Both the position numbers and the translations under genes were made by a program. A model generated the notes under the pieces. It was not told where the DNA came from, ran no database searches, and saw nothing but the letters and a program-made list of their open reading frames with translations. A stretch of 58,826 nt of DNA, the filler included, from Dugesia japonica (lineage: Eukaryota), in assembly GCA_001938525.1 (NCBI GenBank). It is 5 parts of 5 records of this genome, joined end to end, with 100 filler letters (N's around TTAATTAATTAA, not from the genome) between each part and the next. Parts side by side here need not be neighbours in the genome. Positions count along the whole stretch, not along the records: positions 1 to 14,080 come from MQRL01540625.1; 4 more parts are not named here. One strand, given 5' to 3'. Position 1 is the stretch's first letter, and the number at the start of each line of letters is the position of its first letter. Positions 1 to 13,305 of this stretch are shown here, piece by piece.

Positions 1-410
1 ATTATTTGAAACTTAATAAATAAATATAAAGAAAATATAAGAAAATTCGGCCAAATATATAGAAATTGAGCAAAGTAAGTGAAAATCGGGCAAAATCGTA
101 CAAAATCGGATAAAATAGAGATAAATAGGGTAAATATGGTAACATAGGGTAAGTATTATAAAAACTAGGACAAATAGTGCAAATAGGGGTAAAACAGGAT
201 AAAATAGGGGTAAATGAGGGTGAAATACAGGTAAACAGGATAAATTAGGGATAAAATAGGGTTGAAATAAGGGTAAAATAGGGTAAACAGGATAAAATAA
301 GGGTAAATTATGGTAAATAGGGGTAAAATAGGAGTAAATAGGGATAAATCTGGCAAAATATAGGAACATTTGACAAAAAATGAGGAAATAGGGCAAATTA
401 TGGGAAAATA
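1..410 (+). repeat. Purine-rich degenerate ~10-bp tandem repeat (GGGTAAAATA / GGATAAAATA-like)
   Basis: Recurring ggg/ggat-aaaata units; the minus-strand ORFs here are low-complexity by-products. Confidence 0.7.
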
Positions 411-2589
411 GTGAATATTATATAAAAATATTACAAGTAATGCTTTTATATACCCATTTTAATAAGTAATGAATAATTTGTAGTCACATACAAGCAAATT
501 ATCACCACTTATATACTGATTACAACAATCAATGATTAAATTGTAATCATATAAAAGAAAATTGTCAACACCTATTTGTAAAATATAGTAAACTGTATAC
601 AAATTGTTGTCAGCCATGTGTCAATTATAACTACTTACGTATCAATTGAGACATTAGTTTGTAGTTTTTCAAGTCAAAGCTTTATTTGGATAAACAGATT
701 TTAAAAAATTCATATAGATTTACTGAAAATATTACTAAGTCTATAAGTTATTTCATTTAAATATATAAATCCACGATTAAAATATAGAATAAATTTATTA
801 ATATTTTTTAAATTTCCATTAATTTTCTTAAGTTTCATAAATATTAGTAATTAAGTTATTTAAAATTAATTAATTTTTAAATTTCATCGAATCTAATAGG
901 TTTATTAGAATTATAGTGCATATTAGACTTCAGCAGTTGTATTTACACAGTATACCATTGGTTATAGTATATGGATAAGTAAAAACAAAAGGTTACCATA
1001 TGGGCATTTAAGTATTTTATTCTTAGATGATCATGATGCAAATCAAGAATAGTTACAAGTAATGATTTTATTTCCATATTTCATAATAATATAATTGTAA
1101 CATTTAGTAATTTCAATCAAGATAGTAATCAATCAAATCATCAATTCATCAGATTTTTATTTAAATAAATATTATTTTAAAAAAATCTTTGTATAGTTAT
1201 TTTGTTATTTACTTTGTTTTTTATAATAATATTCATATTGTTCAGTGAGTAGTCCATAAAAAGTACTTGTTTTTCAATTTATTTCATCAGGGATAAATAT
1301 GGATGATTTGTAATTGTATTTGTCTTACTCAACATCAAGTTCTCTATCGAATAGATACTTTGATGTTCAAATTCGAGTTACTCTTTCCAAAGTTCAAAAT
1401 TTTCTCGGGCGATACTCCCAAAGAAAGTACTTGTTTTTCTATATAACGTATTATGTAGAAGGTTTGACTATTTTAAGTAATGTTTTTCTGACTCACTGTA
1501 ACATTCTCTATAGAATTGATACCTCATTTAACAGATTTGAAATACTTTTTAATTTTTTCGAAAAATGTCACCTAATTCCGGGACGGCGGCTGTACATATT
1601 CGTTAGGAAGCATTTTTCCCAAGACAATATTTTAACTTTGTACAGTCAATTTTTTCTCATGAGCAACGCAATACCAAATTTGAGTCGATAGCTGTCATCT
1701 GCGCACAGAGATCAGAGCGCTTAAGTCTGATTTTTGAGATTTTTTAGCACAAAACTTCATTTATTTCATCAACTATTAACTTTGGCGATTTTTAACTACA
1801 ACCATTATGGTTAACAAAATATTCTCTAAAAGCAAAAGGTTTTTAAAAAATCATTATTAGCGAAAAATAATCTCCATCAAATTTTCTATCGATTGATGTT
1901 AAAATCTAAACAAAAAACTGTTTCAAAAATTTTTCAAATTTTAAATGTTCTCCTAAATTCCCATAAAAATTTATGTATTTGAATTATTTAAACAAATTCG
2001 TCTATTTCCCATGAATTTCTTTAAAAACTTCAACCCAAACCGACCAACCTAAGAAAATAATTGCTTAAAATCATCCACAAAATTAACATTCTTGAAGAAA
2101 TTCCTCATTAAATCATCCAAAAATTTAAAAATTTAAATATCTCGGTAAACATTTCAAATAATTTGGTAAGCTTTTCAAAATACGAGCAAAAGTTATGTAA
2201 TACACATATATTTATTCGTCCATTAAAAACTCGATAATTCGGTAATTTTTTCATAAATACGAGCAAACGTTACGTAATACCCACAAATGTGTTTCGCTGA
2301 ATAAAACCCGATAATATGAAGAACACCAATGTGGATCTTTGAGTATTTGCATTGGAAAAGTTATGTAATCACGAGGTGGGGGATACTAAAAGTGTGCTGA
2401 AGTTGAACCCCACTATCCATCTACTATTGTACTAATACGTCTTAGAATAGACAAAGCAATTCGACCAATTGCTTTCAACCATCTAGATCTGAATTGTTTT
2501 CTTACAAAGTATGGTAATTTTTTAACCAACTTGACTGACAATATATAACACTCAGTAAGTGAGTGAAGACCAGAGAAGACTTAGAAAAG

Positions 2590-2760
2590 AATAAGTCAAA
2601 CTTCTAGACAAAAACCAACTATAACCATAAATTATGGTGCTGATTTGATCTCATAGAGAGAATTCAATAGAAAATCACCAAAAACTATACAAAAATTAAG
2701 CTCATTCGACCTCACAGAGGCAATTCCAGACAAAAATCACTTCAAACCATCGAAAAAATC
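2590..2760 (+). repeat. Dispersed ~59-bp-unit repeat (CTCATTCGACCTCAC motif), copy 1
   Basis: Same motif recurs at 7220-7400. Confidence 0.55.
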
Positions 2761-3670
2761 AGTAATCCACATGGGGGGTTTTTAAAGGGTAGTGCACCAG
2801 TATCCCTCTCCTATAAATTTACAACTGGTCTTGTGTGTACCTATTCATTTACTATGTAGGGTTAAATGAGTTTTTAAGTTTTGAACAAAGTTGATTAATT
2901 CACCACTGTCATCTCGTATATTGATTTCTATATTTTTTATGAATGAAGTTGCAACTGGTAAATACATTTGATTATTGACTATTATCTAAGCTACTTGATC
3001 ATCTGCATAAGTTTCTAGCCATAGCGATTTCAACAAAGGAACGCTAAAGTGTCCAACAATAACAGGTTCAACACTATTAATATAGATAAATATTTGATGA
3101 GAATTGTTTATTAATTTTGGATATTTAATACCACTGAATTCGTAAAAGATTATGGTTAATAAATTTAAGAGATCTAAAATCTGTAAAATATCTCAACGTT
3201 TGTTGAATTAAATTCCATTTTCAAATGTTTTCAATATTTTAATGAATTTAAATTATTTTTAATGACATTATTTCATAAAAGTTATTTCAATTAAAAAACA
3301 AATAAAACTTACTTATTAATACCATAATCGATAAAACTATAAGTAATACTAAATTTATGTTTAGTAATATTTACCTATTCAATCAATAAAATTCTACTTT
3401 CGAAGACAATAATGTCTAATACTGAAAGAGATATTAAGAGCGACATGACTAATAATCAATATTTTAAAATTTGTAATTTACTTAATTTGATATAATTTTG
3501 ATTGATGGACACTGAATAGAAACAAATCTTTAGTTATTTTAAAAAATAAAGAATAATACGTAAAAAATATAAAATAGTTTTTACTTTTTTTCAATAGCTA
3601 ATGCAACATTCAAATATATAAACAGACACACACATAAAATTAACATATTTCAAACAAAAATTATTAATGA

Positions 3671-3676
3671 AATAAT

Positions 3677-3743
<67 letters not shown>

Positions 3744-3827
3744 NNNNNNNNNNNNNNNNNNNNNNNNNNNNNNNNNNNNNNNNNNNNNNNNNNNNNNNNN
3801 NNNNNNNNNNNNNNNNNNNNNNNNNNN

Positions 3828-3884
<57 letters not shown>
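3671..3884 (+). repeat. (TAA)n microsatellite with internal gap
   Basis: Direct reading. Confidence 0.95.
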
Positions 3885-3886
<2 letters not shown>

Positions 3887-5768
3887 TTGGAGTAAAACAC
3901 CGAGTAATGAAGATTAGTTAATTAAGGGCCCAAAATAAGAACCTAAAAACTAATTGAAAATGAGGAAAAAAATAGAATTATGAAAAACCAGTAACGGGCA
4001 AGCTAACAGTTAATATTAATTAGAAAACAGAAAATTTGAAAAAATTAATTATAAAGAACTAATTGGAAAAAGTTTATAAGAAATGAAAGAAAACACAGAA
4101 AATAATATTTAAATAATCAAGGAGAATCAGAAGAGTAATGGAAAACAAACCCTTATAAGGAATACTTTGAATTATAATTAAATTAATTGAAATAAAATAA
4201 GGGAAGTAATAAAGAAAAAATAATTAATTAATTCAAAAAAAGAAAGTTAATTAAGATGAAAATCTGTAAAAGGGGAATAATTTCTCTCAGGTAGGTCAGA
4301 AATCAACAGGAAAAGAAAAATCGGAAAGCCCTTAACGAGAGAAATTCAGTTTTGTTAAAAAGGAAATGACGACACATTCAGAAAAACTCCTAATAGGTCC
4401 ATAAAGAATAGCCCAATAAGATAGCATGAAGAAGATATAGAACAAAGGCTGAAAAATTGTGAGGTGTCTAATAATAGGCACCAGTATAACATAAATAAAC
4501 TCACCGAAAAAGTCCAAAACAGTAGTGATGAGCAAAAAAGCAACTCTAGAAGAAATCTTAAAACGTAGGCCAATCAGAATAGATCAGTTGTGTCACGAAA
4601 ATGATATAAAAACTACCCAAAAAATCATAGAAAAGGAACAATTTTTTGCGAAATAATATAGCGTTAAATTTATCAAAGAAAGCTCACCAATTTATGATAT
4701 TATCAAATTTTATTTTTGGAGAAATCAATTTTAACAAGGAAGTAAACGTTTTATTGCTTATTGTGTTTTGTAATTCTGTCATTTAACTAATAAATTTTTC
4801 GTGACAATAGTTTGTGTAAAATGTCTTCACATTATTTGCCAGTTATTGTAAGAAGATAGAATTAGCCTCCCTTGTCATTCTTGAGATACACTTTCACAGA
4901 AATAATAAACCGGCCTTCTAACCGTGATTAAATGCCATGTGCAAATCTAAAAATTCACTTTCTGTCAATAGGATAAATGACTCACTCAATGCAATCAGGA
5001 GAGTAGAGATTGAGTTATTGCTAAAAGAATTCCAACTTATACACTCATTTATCATCTAGCCGTGTGAATAAAGTGGTTAGAGTTGATGTTTTAGGCGGTT
5101 TGCAATGGTGATATTTTAATCCGTTGTGATGATTATTAGTCATCTGATTACTATCGCTCATTGATTTATTATCGAAAATAAGTAAACTATAATGAAAGTC
5201 GTATTGTTTTCATAACAGTAACATTATTATTAATTATTATTAGGATTATTATCCTTGCTAATCGCATCACTACCATCCTACTGACAATCATTATTTGTAT
5301 ACTAACATTGACACAAATTATTGTTAGTATCATTACTATTATCATTTTGATTATGATTATTTTTGTTGATATGGTTATTATTAATATTCCCGTTGTTAAT
5401 ATCCGTATCGTTAGTATTATGATTACCTATATTTAGTATTATGATCATAATAACTGTAGTTAATAGTAATTACATTAGTATGATTGGTATGGTTATGGTT
5501 GCTATGGGAATTATTATTGATGATTGATATTATTACTATTATTGTTGTTAGCCGCTGCTATACTTTCTGCAGTTTCCATCTATAAATATTTATTAATAAG
5601 TTATAAGTAAGTCTAGTGAAAAATGTATTTTAACAAAATAGCAATATTAAAATCAATTGTTTTAATTATTTTCTTTTTTTTATTTGAAATTTCTTCAATT
5701 ATTATTAAATAAAATTTTCATGAAACTTTTCACAAAAACTTTATGTTCGATATTAAAACATCGTAACA

Positions 5769-7215
5769 CCCCTCTTCTTTAAGAAATTTCAACTTTTCCA
5801 CATTTCTGTATATTACTCTTCTTTGCTTGTCTTCTAGCTTGTACCTTCTTTCATGGATCTTTTCCTTTATCTCATATGGCCATTGTATCCTTCCTTGTCC
5901 TTTGACCGTACTTCGTTTTTCACCAAAACTTTCTGACAAATTTTGAAGGCTCTGAGGATTGGGTATAATTCTCCATTGATAAATTTCTCTTCTACGTCTT
6001 CATGATCGATCCATCTTTCTCTTCGAATCTCTCTTCCGTACACCATGAGTGCTGGGCTAGTTTTAATCGTCTTTTGATATGTGGCCTTCATCATGAACTC
6101 TAATTCTGGAATCTTTTTGTCGCAAAATGCTTTTCTAGATGAATTTATGCAGTCCCTGATGGTTGTAAATTGTCTCTCAACCAAGAAATTTGTCCCGTGG
6201 TTATATGGGCTCGAGTAACATAGCTTTATATCCATTTTGAATGCCATATCCTTGAATGCCTTTTATTCGAAAGTCTTCCCGCAATACATATGTATCTCTT
6301 TTGGTGCTATAAACAGTAGGATCCATCTTTCCATGATTATCTTGCATATGGTTTCCTCATCCTGTCTTCCTATTGCCAACAATTATATATATTTACTATA
6401 GTGATCCATTATAGCTAGAATGTATTTATTTTTCTGAAGGGTCTCTTTGAGCGGTCCACAAACGTCGATATAGATATTTTCAAGTAAATGGTTAGCTTGC
6501 AGTGTTATTTTATCTTCTTTCGTTATTGATGTATACACTTTATTTTATTCCTTTCTTGAAAACCTAGCACTGATGTATTTATTAAAGCCTGTTTCAATTC
6601 TTGAGATGCCTCGTTGCATATTGGTGTCCATATTAGCTTGTCTTTGTTTCTGTCACAATCCATTTAATGTTTTGGCTTTTGTAGAATATCCCTTGATGAA
6701 TTTCCGGTAGTAGTTACATATACCTCGATAGTTTCTGACTTGTTTTGTACATTTTGGCCTCTCGAAGTTCTGTATAATTTCTCCTTTTGTAGACTCTGTT
6801 TGGATGCCATTTTCTTCCAATATAAGTCCTAGAAACTTTACCTCCTTCTGCAAGAGACTGCATTTTTTAGGGTTGATACGTAATCCAGCTTTTGATACCT
6901 CTTTCAGCACAATGTCCAGCATCTTGAAATAGTCTTTGACATTATCCGAATAAATTAAAATATCATCCATATATACCGTAGCTCCAGGTGTGCTTCCCAG
7001 TTCTTTTCTCATAAATTCCTGGAATGGGCCTTTCACTGCTGCAATTCCAAACGGCATCGTCGTCAAATAGTATTGACCTTTTTTGGTAGAAAACGCTGTT
7101 TTCTCCAGTGATGATTCCTTCAATTTAAGCTAATAATACGCATTGCCTAGATCAATTGTGCTGAAAAAACGGGCTCCATTTAATCCATCTAGCAGTTCAT
7201 TTGTGTTTGGCATTG
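5769..7215 (-). mobile_element. Ty3/Gypsy pol remnant (RT joined to integrase, RNase H deleted) with PPT
   Basis: KTAFST...MPFG...VYMDDILIYS...KFLG...NYYRKFIKGYS; integrase IDVCGP, SSPY..N..VER; C-terminus RNVEKLK; PPT AAGAAGAGGGG followed by TG at 5768; frameshifts. Confidence 0.93.
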
Positions 7216-7219
7216 GACC

Positions 7220-7400
7220 AAAAATTGATCAAATCACCCAAAAATGAGCCATGTTAACCATTCCCGAGAAAATATTTGACTAAATTCTCCTGAATTAACC
7301 AAAAATTGACCTCATTCGACCTCACTGAGGAAAGTTTGAACAAAACTTGCTAAAACCAATCCAAAATTGACCTCATTCGACTTCACCGAATAAATTCCCA
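7220..7400 (+). repeat. Dispersed ~59-bp-unit repeat, copy 2
   Basis: AAAATTGACCTCATTCGAC(C/T)TCAC repeated at ~59-nt spacing. Confidence 0.55.
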
Positions 7401-9217
7401 ACTATGAAGCCTAACAACTATTACTGCTTAAAAAGCCTGAAAAAACTTTCTTAAATAAATACACAGAGAATAAATATTGTGCAAAATTGTTTCTTGTTAA
7501 TTGAAACAAAAAAATTAATTTGAGGTCAATTGAAGTGTAAACTTTTGTATCTAATATTGTTTATTTTTAAGGTGTGAAAATTGATATCTTGGGTGTCAAT
7601 TTATATGTTTATATTAAGGTGAAAACGTTCACACCTGAGATAATTTAAACATCCTGATCTGATGCTCGAGTATCTACCTACTCCAATTCAATAACTAAAT
7701 CCGTTTATTAGAACTAATTACACGGCCTACGATAACAGGGAATAGTTCGAGCTTCATTAATATTTGATTCTCGAGGGAACATTTCGGCAAAGCACGCCAG
7801 ATCTGTCTCGTCTGTATGCTGGATATTCTCGGGAAACAAAACGTTTGAGTCCAATTGTCGCTGTCGGACAGCCTTGCTCTCTTTGTGGATCAGACGCAAT
7901 GAACTATAGAAAACTTTGGACATATCTAGAATGACAATTATAGGATTTAGTAGTTAGAAATTTCGGGCTGTAAAAAGTTCATGGAGATCCAAATCTTAAG
8001 GATGAGATAAATAACTATCATAAATAGAGAGAATATAATTGGGTAAATATAATCGTCACCGCAAAATTATGTCAACCGAAAATGCTAATTATAACTATGT
8101 TAGTCCGAAACGTTACTCCATTTAATGAAAGACAAGGATAACAATTAAGCATAATGGTAATTAATCATGATAATAATCATAAAAATAATGAGGCTTTCCT
8201 AAATGAGGATAATAGACACAAAGACATCGATGACCCCTAATATCAATAATAATATTAATCACCAATAATAATAGCGGTTAGAAGTGGAATCTTCCCATGC
8301 ACAGAAACGAGCATGGAAAACGCAGCTTGAGACCTTTGCAGACATCATCCGTCACTGCATGATAGAGAAAGTAAGCTCGTGGCAGATATCTTAGATTTTA
8401 GCAAACGGTTGTTATTATACCCCTATTTCACCGACAAATCTATCCAAGCCCCCCCGGAGTTGAATGTTTTGGTACCTGCTTGACAGTTTCTTAAAAATAT
8501 AATCTTTATGCAATTATGTCTTAGATTTCATTAAATTCTATGAAGTTGATATTTTACTATATTACTCAAATTATTAAAATGTTGCGTAACATAATTGTTC
8601 GTGGTTTATCCTGTAATTTTCATTATAGTGCCAAGAATTTGCCTCCCAAACAGTTTACGGAAGTTCCACAAGTTGCTACAAAAATTCATTATTGAACGGC
8701 ATTACACCAAAAGTTGTGTACAAACGCTGCTCCATCACATCTCCCAGAAAAATCGATTAATTAAAAAACTAAAGGTTGTTATTTAAAAGCAGCTAAAGAT
8801 CACTAATCCTATGGCCAACCAGCTATTAAATAACGTCAATTTTCTCAACCAATATATCGCGGAGATAACCGCCCGTTTTGACCTGGCGACATGGACCACC
8901 TGGAACAGAGACGATGATGAGGCCGCGTTTGATTTTACAAACGACTTGACTGTACAATGGAATAATCCTGAAACGTTTGATACCTTATAAATAAATTTTT
9001 CTTGTGTATAACTGTTCTGCCTTATATGTAATGAGTCATAAAGGCAATTTTGAACCCGAATTAAAGGTGTGCAAGTCTAAACTCTAACTACGGGTTGAAA
9101 GTCAACGGACCACACCGAAACCTAACCAGGGACGTTTAGGTTAAAATTTTTGCAGGGTCCTATGAGGACTGATTTTCCCCTACCCATAATTTTCTTCCAT
9201 CCACTCAGATGGAACAC

Positions 9218-9284
<67 letters not shown>

Positions 9285-9334
9285 NNNNNNNNNNNNNNNN
9301 NNNNNNNNNNNNNNNNNNNNNNNNNNNNNNNNNN

Positions 9335-9390
<56 letters not shown>

Positions 9391-9406
9391 GTAATTATAA
9401 TAATAA
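9218..9406 (+). repeat. (TAA)n microsatellite with internal gap
   Basis: Direct reading. Confidence 0.95.
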
Positions 9407-9559
9407 TGTAAAACATCTTTTGAAAAGTGAATATAAAATATTTTTCAATTAAATTTCTTAAGTTAAAATACAATTTGACTTTAGTTCTTTTATTGATGTT
9501 TTCTATAAATCCGCAATATTACATTTAAACAAATTTTGATTGTTTATATTATATTAATC

Positions 9560-9990
9560 TTGCGAGATACAAAATTATTGGGTTCAGTAAAGATTAACCC
9601 CACGTTACCTGCACATTTTAATTCTGCCTCCAAGTTAACATCACTAATTTCAGATCGGTATTTTGATTTTATGAAAGTTACAGCTAAGAAAATAGATTCA
9701 CACGTTATGTTGTTCAAACAAACTCAATAGCTGAGTTGAGAACCACAAACTTACTTTTAGAGGCGAGTGCACATCAATAAAATAGATTTATAGTTTCCAG
9801 GATAATCGATTTGGCCTTGAAAGCTAAAGCATATTTGTTTCAAAAGCACGTTGATCCAAACTTAATAATTTCGCGACATCTTTAGACAATCCAAAATTTG
9901 TGATGTCAAAACGAAAAGAATCTTTCAATAGTTGAAAAGTAGGTCTGAATTTCTTAACATCAATAAAGCGTTCTTCAAATTTTCTTTGCA
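9560..9990 (-). mobile_element. hAT transposase C-terminal remnant (SPIN/GTF2IRD2-like)
   Basis: LQRKFEERFIDVKKFRPTF...FRFD and CESIFLAVTFIKSKYRSEISDVNLEAELKCA match the hAT dimerisation-domain pattern; frameshifted. Confidence 0.75.
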
Positions 9991-10472
9991 GTTTCTGCAT
10001 CTACCCGACACAGTGCTGTTTATTAAAATTAGTATCTTTGTTAAGAATGTTTGCGCTTAAATTATTTGGTGTCGAAAACTTAAGTAACAAACTATGATAA
10101 AAATCTTTTTTCTACTCATTTTGGTAGACTATTAAAAAAATTAATGAATTTAATTAATGACAAAAGATCTCTGGTAAAACTTGTTAGAATACTAATTGCG
10201 TATACGTATGTGTGTAAATTTATATATGAAATATACTGGATAATATGAAGAAAATAGGAATTTTCGACGATAAATAATGAAGTGTTTGTTGAGAGTCATG
10301 GTTGTTTTAAATGATCTGAAACATGGAACTAATGAAGAATCAACTCAATGCAACATCAAATAATGTTACTAGTTTTGATCAACTATACAGAATTAATAAA
10401 AGGAATTAAAGTCCACTGAAAGGAAAGAATTATAGATTATGGAAAGACAGATTTAGAATAAGAATATGCGCT

Positions 10473-11458
10473 TCAATTTTTGGAAAAATCGAGAGGAAGT
10501 CCATAACAATAGAGAGCCAAATCTGATATTGAAAATTAATGAAACTTATCGAAACCAAAAGAATAAACAAAATATTTTTTTTTTAATTAAATTTGAACGA
10601 AATTACTTAAACTTAATTAGGCTTAATTAAAAAATTAATTACCAATTTCATATAACGCAGGACATTCTGAAATTCAATAAAATAATTTTTAATATTTACA
10701 ATTTTACTTTTGCACATTTCCTGAGAGATTTCACAGTTTTTGGACTGATCTGCTGAAAGTGAAAAATATCATTAAAAATATAAACAATAAATTTTACACA
10801 ATCCAATTTAAATCAATTAAATAATTTTTAAATAAAATAATACTAAACTAGTACTTTATTACTTCATTAAAATAAGAAAAAGCTTCAATCAAAATAAAAT
10901 TTATTTGTAAAAAGTTCAAATTTTCGACAATAGTCTTCTTCGGGAACCTAGAAGTTGTGGAACCAATAGTGGTAGAAGACTATTGTCGAAAATTTGAAGT
11001 TTTTTACAAATAAATTTTATTTTGATCGAAGCTTTTTCTTATTTCAATGAAATCTCAAATGCGATCAATGGTTCAGTCCAATGGTACTTTATTACTTAAT
11101 TAAAATTAATTACCAGTTTTAATAAAGGCAGGACATTCTGAAATTCAATAAAATAATTTTTAATTTTTTACAATTTTACTTTTGCAAATTTCCTGAGAGA
11201 TTTCACAGTTCTTGGACTGCAGTGCTGAAAGTGAAAAATATCATTAAAAATATAAACAATAAATTTTACACAATCCAAATTAAAATGAATTAATTCATTA
11301 AATTAATGAATAAATTACTTACGATCTTTGCAAATTGCATCACATGTGTCACATTGTCCATCAATTGTTGGAAATCTTGTTAGATAAAAACATTTATTTT
11401 CTTTACTAAATGTTTCTGAACCTGTGGAAATTAACAAAAAAATTGTCAGCACAATCAT
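10473..11458 (-). CDS. Predicted secreted Cys-rich peptide with micro-exons: E1 11458-11323, E2a 11224-11180, E3a 11137-11114, E2b 10752-10708, E3b 10666-10643, E4 10522-10473
   Basis: All introns GT..CAG and phase 1. E1 MIVLTIFLLISTGSETFSKENKCFYLTRFPTIDGQCDTCDAICKD; cassette a PLQSKNCEISQEICK+KCPAFIKT; cassette b (P/A)DQSKNCEISQEMCK+KCPALYEI; E4 DLALYCYGLPLDFSKN*. No premature stops. Confidence 0.75.
10865..11083. mobile_element. 219-bp Penelope-like palindromic insertion with 14-bp TSD and degenerate hammerhead core
   Basis: GTACTTTATTACTT at 10851-10864 and 11084-11097; inverted arms 10863-10939 and 10974-11051; minus strand reads CCGAAGA-A-GAC-TATT-GTC-GAAA. Confidence 0.7.
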
Positions 11459-11530
11459 AATTTTGACAAATATTTTTATTAATTAAATAAATTAAAGTAA
11501 GATTTTATTCGTATTACAAAATGTCAATGA

Positions 11531-11543
11531 TGACTCATTTATA
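11531..11543 (-). promoter_or_regulatory. Candidate TATA box (TATAAAT) overlapping an AP-1-like TGAGTCA, ~80 nt upstream of the peptide ATG
   Basis: Minus strand TATAAATGAGTCA; motifs are weak evidence in AT-rich DNA. Confidence 0.35.
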
Positions 11544-12799
11544 ACAAATAAATTGATCAGTAAAATCAGTTAAAACAAATAATTAATTTAATATTCAATT
11601 ATCTCTTTGTTTATTGAACACAATTTATTATTGATAATATAGAAAATTTATTTACTTTTATTTTGATTAATATAATTTGTTTAAATCAATCAAATTATTT
11701 CATTATTTGAAAATTAAAAAATTAATGGAATTGTTTTGTTTGTTGGTTTTGATATTTATTTGTTATTTATGAAAATAGATTGCATTTTTTATAGAAAACT
11801 TGAGAAAATGCAATAATTCGATTACAATGTTGAGTCTTATTTCTTGTATTATCAATTGTTTGCTAAATACTATGATATATTTGAATTTCCAAACTGTATT
11901 TTAATTAATTGATTTTTCAAAATCAAAAAAATTTTGACTTATCAAGGAGATCAAACAAATATTTTTAAAAAAAATGTAATAATTAAAATTTATTTTCAAT
12001 TACAAAGATCAAAAATGATGTTTTTCTATTTTCAAAGATTGTTCAATATTTCGGCTATGCATTCTTCAGGAACAACAACTATTACTCAATTCATTCTGGT
12101 TATAAACGTTAATATAGAGACACAATTTAAATTAATCTGATTAAAATCAATTTTCATTGGTAACTAATTATAACATTAAATTTAAAATTTATCGAGCATT
12201 TTCTCGGCAATATGGTGTGTTAGTTGGATTTGGAACACTCGTCGTATTATCAATATCAAAATCCGAATTCATAAGAAATACTTTATTANNNNNNNNNNNN
12301 NNNNNNNNNNNNNNNNNNNNNNNNNNNNNNNNNNNNNNNNNNNNNNNNNNNNNNNNNNNNNNNNNNNNNNNNNNNNNNNNNNNNNNNNNNGAAAGTTTTA
12401 TTTATTAAGATTAATTTTTAAAAATTTGCGACAACATTTTAACTACTTTAAAATTTAATTTATTCAAATTAATTTGATCCATTTAAAAACATTTTATTTA
12501 TTTTCTTAATTTTATTTTAAAATTTTATAACAAAATTTTAACTTCTTTAAAATTTTATTTATTAAAATTAATTCCATCCATTTAAAAACATTTAATTTAT
12601 TTTCTTAATTGTCCTTTAAAAATTTACGATAAAATTAACTATTTTAAAATTTTATTTATTAAAAAGTTAAACTTATATTCAATAATTTTAATTTATTCTT
12701 AAACCAAATATTTATTTATTTAAATTTTTCGTCCATAATTTAGATCTCTCTTTTAAACAAAATATTTTAAAAATAAGATCAACAATCCCACAAAAATTT

Positions 12800-13305
12800 C
12801 AACTTGCATTTCAACACTGCTCACATGGTGCATTCCAATAATAAATTTCATTTGAGAATTTAAAATTTTTATTTTTTTTCATATCTATTGCCATTTTATC
12901 AATACATTTCTAAACATATGTGTCAGTTAGTGGTAAAACTTTGAGCACGTTGGTTGGATCGTGGTGCATCACAGTTCTAATAATTTTTTAAAGTGATGAT
13001 AAGATGAGTGCTTCAAAAGTATTATGATGTTTACCACATTTTGATGAGTTCAAAAACATGGTAGGATGAAAGCAGTTCATCTATTGCTTTTGCATTACTT
13101 TTTTAGAAAATGGTGGTAATGGTTTGTCATTCCTTGAATTGCTTATGTATAATTTTAAAATAATCCAGTGGCTTACTCATTATGTCTTGGTGTATAGAAT
13201 TTAAATATGATTGATGCCTTCATAATTAAGAGCTTTAACAAATCCATACGAGAACTAGTTCAATGAATACTGACAGCAACGCTTCTTCTTTGAAGGTATA
13301 TCCTT
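12800..13305 (-). mobile_element. hAT (Charlie/Buster, ZBED8/SCAND3-like) transposase N-terminal remnant
   Basis: KKKRCCQYS..SYGF, KPLDYF, SSYHVFELI, KCGKHHNTFEALILS, VLPLTDT; stops and frameshifts. Confidence 0.8.

Noticed and set aside
1-410. Telomeric repeat or Tyr/Pro-rich protein
   Set aside because: Not a TTAGGG array; the ORFs are translations of low-complexity repeat.
9560-13305. hAT N- and C-terminal remnants flanking the peptide gene on the same strand, suggesting Pack-type gene capture
   Set aside because: The N-terminal piece looks ZBED8/Charlie-like and the C-terminal piece SPIN/GTF2IRD2-like, so probably different elements; no matching TIRs or 8-bp TSD found.
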